A DNA stretch of 64,000 nucleotides from Macrostomum lignano (Eukaryota): contig NIVC01000432.1 of NCBI GenBank assembly GCA_002269645.1, positions 341,003 to 405,002 on the forward strand, read 5' to 3'. The position numbers and the translations under genes are program-made. The notes beneath the pieces were generated by a model. It was not told the origin of the DNA. It was given only the letters and a program-made list of their open reading frames with translations, and did no database searches. Below, one piece after another: positions 26,169 through 40,102 of this stretch. Numbering within the stretch: the stretch's first letter is position 1; each line of letters starts with the position of its first letter.

Positions 26169-27444
26169 AGTGACGGCCTAGCTGAGTTAAATTTGGCTCA
26201 ATGCGACTCTAGTTGAACTTTATTAAACAGTATTTTTCAACGAAATAATCCGGCTTAGGGCAGCTGGTTGCGGTTTGGACAGTACGGCTGTGAACAGAGT
26301 AGGTTCTGCCTTGGCTTGGCGGTCTTTAACTTTGGACTGGGCCTTAATGTTGCGGCTTTAAACAGATTTGATTCAGTGCGGGCCACGTGATTCTCCGCCG
26401 GCCGGTTATAAAGCCACAGGGGAGGGGGAGGGGGTGGGTGCTGTTCAAGGTCACGGCGAACCAGGAGGGGGTGGGCTGATAGTTAAATGCTTATAGATCC
26501 TGCCGCGACACCCACCCCACTCCGTAATTTTCACTGCTCTGGTGTAATAATACTCGTTAGCTTAAAAATCGTAAAACTCAGGTCTTGTGGTACACGCTTG
26601 CATATAAATAAATTAAAAATAAGAATTTAGCAAACTTTCTTAGTGCTAATCATTCAGAATTTGTGCGCTCAAATCAAACCATGCGGTCAAAGCGTGAATG
26701 CGTGCTCTTGACTTATCTGAAATTTTCCATTTTTCTCTCTCTCTCCTCCGGGGCCAAGTGGCCATCTGGTGCGATAAAGCTATGACCTGCTTCTACTACT
26801 CACTGTGTACAACATTTGTATTGGTACACCCTATAACTTAACCTTATCTTTCAACAAGTTACTCCTGTGCTGCCTCTTCACGATTAGTCGAAAGTCGCTT
26901 TAATCAGAAATTCAACTGATTGAACCTGACAGACTTGGACTTTGAAGTTGAATCTGAATTCGTTACAAAGTTCTGTAATCTGTATCTCTGTGCAACCCCG
27001 ACAATCTTGTGAATAGAAATCGCTAATCAAAGGGTCATTTTCTCACTCTTCATTTGTCGTCAATTGTCGGGTGTACTTAGAGTCTTGTCTCGTGTCCAGC
27101 TCTCCAGTATGCGGGTTTCGTCAGCAAAAATTGAACTTAAAAGGCGCAAAGTATTCTCTAGCTGTATTGATAATAAAAGCATACACATTGACTTAGTATG
27201 TCTCGCCGAAACAGAAAGGAAAGGAAATTTACTTTGATTGTCCATTAGTATTGTAAATTTGAGAAATAGTGTGAAATTTTTGTGTAAAATTCGGTGTAAA
27301 GTTTGGTGTAAAACGGTGTAAAATTTTCATTTTCAGTGAGCTGTAGTTAACGATTTTTCACGCTGCTAGAGAAGCAATTTTATGTTTCTAAGTTTGCACA
27401 AGTATTAGGAAGTCAAAATCCCGGAACTTTCCAGAAATCCCCGG

Positions 27445-27815
27445 CAGGGCAGCGAGGAGGGGCAGGGAGTGAGGAGGGGCAGGGAGTGAGGAGGGGCAGG
27501 GAGTGAGGAGAGGAAGGGAGTGAGGAGGGTCAGGGAGTGAGGAGGGGCAGGGAGCGAGGAGGGGCAGGGAGTGAGGAGGGTCAGGGAGTGAGGAGGGGCA
27601 GGGAGTGAGGAGGGTCAGGGAGTGAGCAGGGTCAGGGAGTGAGGAGGGGCAGTCAGCGAGGAGGGGCAGGGAGTGAGGAGGGGCAGTCAGCGAGGAGGGG
27701 CAGGGAGTGAGGAGGGGCAGGGAGTGAGGAGGGGCAGGGAGTGAGGAGGGGCAGGGAGTGAGGAGGGTCAGGGAGTGAGGAAAGGCAGGGAGTGAGGAGA
27801 GTCAGGGAGTGAGGT
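27445..27815. repeat. G-rich minisatellite, 19 bp unit (GGGAGTGAGGAGGGGCAGG-type)
   Basis: Visible array; same family as 29500-29780. Confidence 0.93.
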
Positions 27816-27842
27816 AGGGTTAAGCAAAGCGTTGATCAGTCG

Positions 27843-30075
27843 ATGCCACACCGGTCTCAATTCCAGGACGACTCCGACTCCAGCGACGACGCACTCGGTG
27901 ATTCTCCATCGCCTGCCGGTGCCATGGCCACCTCGGCGACGAACGGGCGTCGGCGCTCCTCCGTGCTGACTGGCGCTGGTCGGCGACAATCTCTCGCAAA
28001 CATTCTCTGCGACAGCTCCGACGAGGATGAAGAGGAGGCCGCTGACGCTGGAGCAGTGAGTCAGCTCAAGGATGTCTGCGGGGTTTGCTGAGTTGAACAG
28101 ACAATTTTTCAGGAAACGTAATACACGGCATGGAATAACCACAGGAGTTAGTTGTATTCTAGAAGCCATTTGAGCCAGTCATTCACAACCCAAAGCCAAA
28201 AGATCGTTAATTGATAAGATCAGCATATCTCTGGGCCGCCACCGGCCTTTATACATGTACGAGTATTATACATGAATTCTTAAGTTGTTCAACTGCGCGG
28301 CGTGCGTCAAAATTTTTATTTTGAAATTGAATACAGTTTTATTACGTACTGCCTTCTATATAGAAACTCGACCTCATGGCTAGCGTTCCTGTCGGCGCTT
28401 TTGATCTCGCCGCCTTAACAACTATAGCTCGTGTTATTGCCTCGGTCGAGTAGAAATGAAATTTAATTTTTCCCCGAGGCTGAATAATGCAGAGGCAAAA
28501 TGAATACAATAATTTGTTATGTCTGTACAAAGTACAAAATTATGTCTGTTTTCTGTTTTTTGCTGATTTGACCAAAACGTGGTTTTTAGTCGAATGTTTT
28601 GACGCCGAAATATCGTCAATTTTAACAATTTTCTGATTGTCTTCCTACACAATTTATCTTCACCAAACTTTGAATCCAGATTTCACTGACTCTAACAATT
28701 CCTACCCCCACTTTGCTACCCCTCCTAATTCCGACCCCCACTTTGCTACCCCTCCTAATTCCTACCCCCACTTTGCTACCCCTCCTAATTCCGACCCCCA
28801 CTTTGCTACCCCTCCTAATTCCTACCCCCACTTTGCTACCCCTCCTAATTCCTACCCCCACTTTGCTACCCCTCCTAATTCCTACCCCCACTTTGCTACC
28901 CCTCCTAATTCCTACCCCCACTTTGCTACCCCTCCTAATTCCTACCCCCACTTTGCTACCCCTCCTAATTCCTACCCCACTTTGCTACCCCTCCTAATTC
29001 CGACCCCCACTTTCCTTCCCTCTTATTCCATCTAACTCCCCGAAGGAGGGTCGAAAAATGGATACCAACCAGCCAATCATCTATTCTCCAACACCCCCTT
29101 CATCCAGGCTAACGGTGCTAGCCAATCAGAAGCGAGCAGCCGGGCAGCAGCAACAGCAGCCGACGGCGACGAGAAAAAGCCGGGCAGCGCAAAAGGCGCC
29201 GACACTGACGAACCCGCTAAGAAGCCGAAAAAGAAGAAGAAATCACGGCTGGCGAAGCTGCTGCACACGACCCCCGGCCCGAGCTGCGCCGATCCCAGCT
29301 ACGTGGCGCCGACGCGCCTGCCGTCAGAAATTGAGCAGCAACGTCGCATTCGCAAACAAATGGAAAAGATGAACAGGCGAGCGATGAAGGAGGATGCAAA
29401 ATTGCGTTCGAAATGGAATTTGGACTTCTCGCTTATCGACGAGTTGGAGCTGGAATTTCAGTGAGTGCAGTTGGGGTGGTGGGGTGGTGGGGTGGGTGGT
29501 GGAGTGAGGAGGGGCAGGGAGTGAGGAGGGGCAGGGAGTGAGGAGGGGCAGGGAGTGAGGAGGGCAGGGAGTGAGGAGGGCAGGGAGTGAGAAGGGGCAG
29601 GGAGTGAGGAGGGCAGGGAGTGAGGAGGGGCATCGAGTGAGGAGGGCAGGGAGTAAGGAGGGGCAGGGAGTGATGAGGGCAGGGAGTGAGGAGGGGCATC
29701 GAGTGAGGAGGGCAGGGAGTGATGAGGGCAGGGAGTAAGGAGGGGCAGGGAGTGATGAGGGCAGGGAGTGAGGAGGGGCAGGAAATCTTTTGCCGAGTAA
29801 CGGAATGATATCCCGTTCGACTCTAGTGTTGAAGTCCCTGAGTTTGATTCCGCGTGGTGCCATATTTAATTAATTTGGAGTTTGTGCAAAGGCCTGGGGC
29901 TTTGAGTGTCAAAATGCAACTACTGGAAGAACAATCGTTGAGGTCTTAAGTACATGCCTCCACCTGCAGCTGCTACGCCAACATGCTGGAGATATTTTGC
30001 GAAGGCATTTTCTCCGACACGGCTCCAAGAGGCGTCAGCGCCAGCTCGAAAACAAGCGAACGGTCAGCAGACTAA
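27843..30075 (+). CDS. Hypothetical ~223 aa protein, three exons; acidic N-terminus, RRxS sites, Lys-rich NLS-like stretch
   Basis: Phase-consistent exons 27843-28055, 29108-29460, 29970-30075 (GTGAGT donors, CAG acceptors). Middle exon ANGASQ..KKPKKKKKSRLAKLL..KWNLDFSLIDELELEF has no internal Met before its end and is missing from the ORF track. Confidence 0.62.
28700..29010. repeat. Intronic minisatellite, 30 bp unit (ATTCCTACCCCCACTTTGCTACCCCTCCTA)
   Basis: Visible tandem array. Confidence 0.95.
29500..29780. repeat. Intronic G-rich minisatellite, 18-19 bp unit (GAGTGAGGAGGGGCAGG)
   Basis: Visible tandem array. Confidence 0.92.
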
Positions 30076-31115
30076 ACAGCATCAGGACAAGGTGATGGTT
30101 TAACAAGAACAGCTTTCACATGCATGACTTTCAGGCCCTCAAAATTTCAGCTTTTGCCTTAACAATTTTTTGTTTGAATTCCTTTTTTCCTTCCTCATCC
30201 ACAGCTGTTGCTTTTTTCCACTGTTTACTAAAGCTACAAAAGTAGTTTGAAAATTCAACTGCAAGATTTTAACTGCTGCTGCATGGTTTTTTTAAAATTT
30301 GTTTGCGGGCTGCACAAGTTCATTTTGGTAGTGAGAATGTTCTTAAAACTTTTGAATGGGTGAACCCATCGTTAGACTTATTTTTACAAAACCCTGGGTC
30401 CCGGATATATTTTGCAAATATGGACCTGTATGATTACGAGCAATCTTGCATTAGAGTCCAGACCTCGCGATTAAAAATTTAAACTTTTTCGTCTATGGTC
30501 TATGGCTTCTGAGACTGCTCCTCCTTCTGCTATGGGAAAAGTTCCCATTACATATGCAGGAAAGACAGGACTAAAAAAGTGCTTTTAAGCGAGGCTAAGG
30601 AACCATCAAAAAGTTATATTGATTTTTGAAACACCCCATTGGAGGTATACCTACGCGTATATATTGGCATTATTTTGTTTCTTTGACAAAAATATTAATT
30701 TCTAGATTGGCTAAACCAGAAATACGCCTTATCTTCCACAGAAATTCAAAAAGGAAAACAAGTTCCCCACATTGTCAGACAAATTTTGTTCCCATTTACC
30801 TTTTTTATACAACCCGTAGCCTTTTCATAACATACAATGTATATTGTTTATTTATCAAAATTTAATCCATTCCCAGGTAAAATAACATGTCTTAGCCAAG
30901 CAAATTGATGTACGTCTCTATGATTTACAATAATGCGGATGCTTATTAATCCAGTGTGTAATTTTAACAGGTGTGGTTTTGGTTTAAGATGTAGATATAC
31001 TAGCAATGTAGGTTAAAACTAGATAAATGTGATGTATCAATGTAATTACAAAGCATAACTAATTTTATTTAAGAATTTGAGAATTCATTTAAAAACGCTG
31101 TCAATCGTATTCAAC

Positions 31116-31262
31116 CAATGGATAAATAATCAGCGGTCCCAGTGCGTGACAACGATTGTCTGGCGAGCGCCGGTAGGCGTGAACCATAGACAAATCGTTG
31201 TCACGTGCTGCGACCGCTGATTCTTTGCAATTGCATTGTTCTGCTGCTTGACGATCCTATTG
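31116..31262. mobile_element. Short hairpin-forming dispersed repeat; second copy at 39135-39272
   Basis: Near-identical ~110 bp core at both sites with nested IRs CAGCGGTC/GACCGCTG and GTGACAACGATT/AATCGTTGTCAC. Confidence 0.6.
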
Positions 31263-32459
31263 TTCTGCTAGACAATGAGCTTCCTGGTTGAGCACACATG
31301 AGGTCTAACCATAGATCTTATATTCCCTAGATAGTCCACTTTGTATCGTGACAATAGGGAAAGTGCGACCGCTGTTTTTCGTCACTTGTGTGAAAAAACC
31401 CGACATGGGTTGCTTATAAATTTGAGTTCAGTAGCTTAGGGACATAGACGCTATTTTTTTGAGAACTTAATAGAAATTCTCATGAATTATATAAAAAGCT
31501 ACTCAATCAAACTAAGAATGATGCATGAACTGCAGAGACTACTGACGAAATTGAGTTCAGTAGTTGATTTTGACAGTCTGACAGTTTAGTTAGTAGCCAC
31601 AGTTGCAGACTTCTTCCCATACACGGTTTTGGTCATAGACAATCGGTGAAGCATGGGTTGAATACGGTTGGCCGTGTCTTAAACTGAATGCTGGACTTCT
31701 TAAAAATTCTTGAACAATGCTGCCTTCATATTTTCACACAGCTAAGTTGGTTCAGCTGATTATACCAAAAACTGTTTAACTTGCTTCATATAAATAAATA
31801 ATTCTAAATTGCGCTTTATTTAATGCCAGTTATATTTCATAATAAATAAACAAGCATATATTGATCTTATTTTTTGGGTTAGATATTTGAAGCGACATCC
31901 CACTGGTGTATTCTTTAGCTAATTTTCCTTACATAAAATACAATGATATTTGGAAGTTAAATAATTTCTGCAAATATAAATAGCAATAGCACACTGAATT
32001 CAACAGCTGAAGATAAACCTGATGTACTTTCAGGCGGACGGAGCAGATAAAAGTACAGGGGAAAAGTGCCAAAAAGCGCAAAGTTTCTGTCGGTCTACGT
32101 TTAAAAACTGTAAAAGTACATGCGTATACAGCCTGCAGGTGTGGAGCTTAATAAGAGAAAAGGTGCAGGCAGAGCAAAAAAGGTCATGAACAGCTCAGTT
32201 CAGCATGTGGAAAAACAGTCGGTACAGAGCATCATAACTCAGTGTAAAAAATTTGGCGATCAATTGAAAAAAATATTTCGATTTTTTTTCCTCAAAAGGG
32301 TCTGTAAAAGTTACTGCAACGCACTACTGGAAGTAGCAACCAAACCTACCAGTCTGGAGCTGTAGATTTCATTTAGAAAAGCTTAACGCTTTTTAGGGGC
32401 TTTTTAAAGAGACAAAAATATGAAAAAGTTACACCGCAACTCCGGGATTTTAATCATTA

Positions 32460-33790
32460 AGCGAGTCATCAAATCCCACTGGGAGTCATCAAATCCCACT
32501 GTGAGTCATCAAATCCCACTGTGAGTCATCAAATCCCACTGTGAGTCATCAAATCCCTCAGCGAGTCATCAAATCCCACTGTGAGTCATCAAATCCCACT
32601 GTGAGTCATCAAATCCCACTGTGAGTCATCAAATCCCACTGCGAGTCATCAAATCCCTCAGCGAGTCATCAAATCCCACTGTGAGTCATCAAATCACACT
32701 GTGAGTCATTAAATCCCCCAGCGAATCATCAAATCCCACAGTAAGTCATCCAATCCCTCAGCGAGTCATCAAATCCCACTGTGAGTCATCAAATCCCACT
32801 GAGTCATCAAATCCCACTGTGAGTCATCAAATCCCTCAGCGAGTCATCAAATCCCACTGTGAGTCATCAAATCCCTCAGCGAGTCATCAAATCCCTCAGC
32901 GAGTCATCAAATCCCACTGTGAGTCATCAAATCCCACTGTGAGTCATCAAATCCCACTGTGAGTCATCAAATCCCACTGCGAGTCATCAAATCCCTCAGC
33001 GAGTCATCAAATCCCACTGTGAGTCATCAAATCACACTGTGAGTCATTAAATCCCCCAGCGAATCATTAAATCCCACAGTAAGTCATCCAATCCCTCAGC
33101 GAGTCATCAAATCCCACTGTGAGTCATCAAATTCCACTGAGTCATCAAATCCCACTGTGAGTCATCAAATCCCTCAGCGAGTCATCAAATCCCACTGTGA
33201 GTCATCAAATCCCTCAGCGAGTCATCAAATCCCTCAGCGAGTCATCAAATCCCACTGTGAGTCATCAAATCCCACTGTGAGTCATCAAATCCCACTGTGA
33301 GTCATCAAATCCCACTGCGAGTCATCAAATCCCTCAGCGAGTCATCAAATCCCACTGTGAGTCATCAAATCACACTGTGAGTCATTAAATCCCCCAGCGA
33401 ATCATCAAATCCCACAGTAAGTCATCCAATCCCTCAGCGAGTCATCAAATCCCACTGTGAGTCATCAAATCCCACTGAGTCATCAAATCCCACTGTGAGT
33501 CATCAAATCCCTCAGCGAGTCATCAAATCCCACTGTGAGTCATCAAATCCCTCAGCGAGTCATCAAATCCCTCAGCGAGTCATCAAATCCCTCAGCGAGT
33601 CATCAAATCCCTCAGCGAGTCATCAAATCCCACTGTGAGTCATCAAATCCCACTGTAAGTCATCAAATCCTACAGCTATTCATCAAATCCCATTGTGAGT
33701 CATCAAATCCCACTGAGTCAACAAATCCCTCTGAGTCATCAAATCCCACTGTGAGTCATCAAATCCCACTGTGAGTCATCAAATCCCAGT
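32460..33790. repeat. Minisatellite, 20 bp unit (GAGTCATCAAATCCCACTGT) with 338 bp higher-order periodicity
   Basis: Variant monomer TCACACT recurs at 32694, 33032 and 33370. Confidence 0.95.
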
Positions 33791-33793
33791 CGC

Positions 33794-36508
<2,715 letters not shown>

Positions 36509-36619
36509 TGTGGCGATGTGCTGCTGGAATGCAGACCCAGTGAGGTGGGGTGGCGGAACAGTGAGAGATTTACTATAATATTTACCAATTACTTATGGGA
36601 GCTAGTCTTAACCATCCTC

Positions 36620-37090
36620 TCTGATTGAACAGCCGCATTAGCCCAGCTCTCTGATTAAACAGCCGCATTAGCCCAGCTCTCTGATTGGACAACCGACTTA
36701 GCCCCGCTCTCTCTGATTGGACACCCGACTTAGCCCCGCTGTCTCTGATTGGACAACCGACTTAGCCCCTCTCTCTCTGATTGGACAACCGACTTAGCCC
36801 CGCTCTCTCTGATTGGACACCCGACTTAGCCCCGCTCTCTCTGATTGGACAACCGACTTAGCCTCGCTCTCTCTGATTGGACAACTGACTTAGCCTCGCT
36901 CTCTCTGATTGGACAACCGACTTAGCCTCGCTCTCTCTGATTGGACAACCGACTTAGCCTCGCTCTCACTGATTGGACAACGGACTTAGCCTCGCTCTCT
37001 CTGATTGGACAACCGACTTAGTCCCGCTCTCTCTGATTGGACATTTGACTTAGCTTCACTCTCTCTGATTGGACAATGGACTTAGCTCTA
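36620..37090. repeat. Minisatellite, 32 bp unit containing CTGATTGG (CCAATCAG on the CYP sense strand), upstream of the CYP ATG
   Basis: GATTGG recurs at 36683, 36715, 36747, 36779 and onward. Confidence 0.93.
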
Positions 37091-37454
37091 AACAGAAAAA
37101 GCGAACTAGTATACACTCGTAGATGCTTATTGTCTCGTAAAAAAACCTGAACAAAGACTAGCTTGAGTCTGGGAACTATTCGAATTATTCTAAGTTTACA
37201 AATATGTATTTATTAAAATTAAAATTTATACTGTAAAATTAACTTCAGCATAAAATACTAGATAAAGTTACAGTGACAGCTGCCATGGGTGCGTGCACTA
37301 ATTATTTTTTTTCAGATTGCTCATATCAAAGTTTACTACTTTAAATAATCAAAATCGTTACATAATTTTAGCTGTAAGCTTTGGTAAGCTTTCTCTCAGG
37401 CAGCCGCTTATCCCCGCTTTCCCATTGGACACCCGCTATCGTGCCCGCTATAGC

Positions 37455-37727
37455 TCTAAACCACGGATACTAAAAGAACTAGATAGGCCACTCAGTCACA
37501 TATACTTAGTAAAACAGCTTTCTACTTTCAGTTCAGTAGCAAAGAAGAATGTATAAGCTGTTTTATAAGAATAAATGGTTTAGGCTGGGAGGTAAGAGCC
37601 AATAATGACAAAATGAGCTTAAAAAATACAGTAAAATGCTTCTGTTTAAGTTGCTACTGAACTGAAAGTAGTTTACACGCAAATGTGATGAGTGGCCCAC
37701 CTAGCTATTCTAGTATCTGTGCTCTAA
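37455..37727. mobile_element. Non-autonomous inverted-repeat element, short copy of the 14705-15170 family
   Basis: Shared TIR and inner-IR sequences; flanked by ~60 bp imperfect direct repeats at ~37105-37170 and ~37765-37820. Confidence 0.55.
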
Positions 37728-38102
37728 ACCTAAAACAACGAACTAGCATCGAGCAATAAACGTTTATTGTCTCGTAAAAAAGCCTTAACAAAGACTAGTT
37801 TGAGTCTGGAAACTACGAGCTAGTAGAATAAAAGCAAAGATGAACTACGACATAATATGCTAGCCAAGCAAACTAGAAAAAAATATCGAACATATCTAAA
37901 GGGTCTAAAGTATAACGTACAATTTTTCAGCGTAGCTGTTGATCCTGCGAGCACGCAATTTAATCATTCAGGCGCTCTTTCAGCCGTCTATGGCACAGAC
38001 TGGGGGGGCAGATCAGCACGAAATAAAATCGAACGAAGAAGTGCATCTTCATGTACAAATTTGTTAAACTCTAATTTTCCTTTTAACTCATGCGTTTGAG
38101 AT

Positions 38103-38580
38103 GAGGGGGACTGTTACGGGGACCGAAGTCGCGACCACATTTGACAAGAAACTGGGCACGTAGCTGCTCAAACTCCTGCTGGTTCAGTTGGTGAGGGGGT
38201 GGTTTAGGGAGATTCTTAGAAAGGGAATATATGGAGCGATTCTTAGAAAGGGAATATATGGAGCGGTTCTTAGAAAGGGAATATATGGAGCGATTTTTAG
38301 GGAGGGAATATATGGAGCGATTTTTAGGGAGGGAATATATGGAGCGATTCTTAGAGAGGTAATATATGGAAGCGATTCTTAGAGGGAATATATGGAGCGG
38401 TTCTTAGAAAGGGAATATATGGAGCGATTTTTAGGGAGGGAATATATGGAGCGATTCTTAGAGAGGGAATATATGGAAGCGATTCTTAGAGAGGGAATAT
38501 ATGGAGCGATTCTTAGAAAGGGGATACATGGAGCGATTCTTAGAAAGGGAATATATGGAAGCGATTCTTAGAAAGGGAAA
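38103..38580 (-). pseudogene. Relic of a duplicated CYP: 5' part of exon 2 plus intron-1 minisatellite
   Basis: 38175 downward reads EFEQLRAQFLVKCGRDFGPRNS vs EFEQLRAQFLANCGRNFDPRNS in the intact gene, with the same acceptor context; adjacent 27 bp array GGAGCGATTCTTAGAAAGGGAATATAT resembles the intron-1 array. Confidence 0.8.
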
Positions 38581-39272
38581 ATTCTCTGCCTCTGCAAAGT
38601 GCCTCTGTGAAGTGGTAACATAAACAAGAATGCCTGATACTAGGAGATGAGCCATAGACAGTATCTCTGAGCGAAGCGAGATTCTGTATGGCTCATCTTC
38701 TCGTATCAGGCGATTCTTTGTATGTAATCCACAGCATGTGCGACCTGAATATAACGCCTTATCTCCGCCGGAGATAATGAGTTATCTCCGCTATCCATGT
38801 CTATCCATCTTGTTGGTTTGTCTATGGTAGCAGAATTACGCTACTGATTATCACCGCTCATTTAACACTGGGGAATAGACGAGGTGCACAGGCAAAGTGG
38901 ATTACATGATTGAATTTGGGCTTGAAAGATCAACTAGGCTGCAAAAAAGGTATAAAAAGTCTAATACAATACTCGTAGTTGGTTATTGCGTGCAGTAAAT
39001 AGATAAAAAGTACCCTAGACAGAAAAATTTAGCGGAAGGAACTAATACGCTCGAAGGTTAATTGATATACTCGTAAATCGCAAAAACGATAAAAATACAT
39101 TGCACAATATGTGACTAAATGGTGACTTATTGCACAATAGATAAATAATCAGCGGTCCCAGCGCGTGACAACGATTGTCTGGCGAGCGCCGGTAGGCGTG
39201 AACCATAGACAAATCGTTGTCACGTGCTGCGACCGCTGATTCTTTACATTGTTTTTCTGTTTGACGATCCTA

Positions 39273-39592
39273 CCATGGAGGAAAGAATAGAATGGAGTGC
39301 CAATCTGAGCCAGTCATTTTTATCTCGCCCGATCTTAACTTTTAACATCCCTTCCCCCCCCCCCGTTCTTTCCTATTGGCTCGTGACTGCCATAGACAAA
39401 GTATTTTTCGTCTCGTTTTCGTTTTCGTTCCCCTCTGAAAGGTATGTCCCAGCATAGTACGAGCTCGCATCAAAATATGCTTTCAGCCAATAGGAAGGAA
39501 CGGGGGGGGGAAAGGGATGTTAAAAGCGAAAATCGAGCGAGATAAAAACAACTGGCTCAGATTAGCACTCCATTCTATTCTTTCCTCCATGG
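39273..39592. mobile_element. MITE-like element, ~105 bp TIRs, CCATGG at both ends
   Basis: ATGGAGGAAAGAATAGAATGGAGTGC...CCTATTGGCT is inverted as AGCCAATAGG...GCACTCCATTCTATTCTTTCCTCCAT. Confidence 0.75.
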
Positions 39593-40102
39593 ATCATACA
39601 GACAAAGCATTTTTTTAGTAATGAATTGTTCTGCATTAAAAATGTGAATAATGATCGTCAAATTGCTAAACAATGGTAGATTATATAGCATGTTACGGCG
39701 TTGAATAATTTAACTATTTGGCCTTTAACTAATTTAACTACGCGCACTCGTGTTATGGCCATTATTTAACTCCGTAACATACTATATAATTGCATTGTAT
39801 ATATAGCATACTAGTAGCCAATTGTAATCTTTAGCGTATATGTAGAATGGTTAGACGTTGGATTAGACTAAACTAGGCTGCCAGTTTTATTGCCACTTGT
39901 AGATTATTAATTTACTAACTAAATTTATTAATAACTTTCTTTTTCCAACAGATTCACACTGTAATGGAAAGCAAACTTCGCACCATCCGCGGTCATAGCT
40001 GCCTCTGATGTCCGAGTAGCGTTTGCACCAGAGAGTCAAACTATATCCGACTGTTCACTATACAGCCTCAGCCAGTGCGGCTCATTTCAAAACATGCTAA
40101 TC

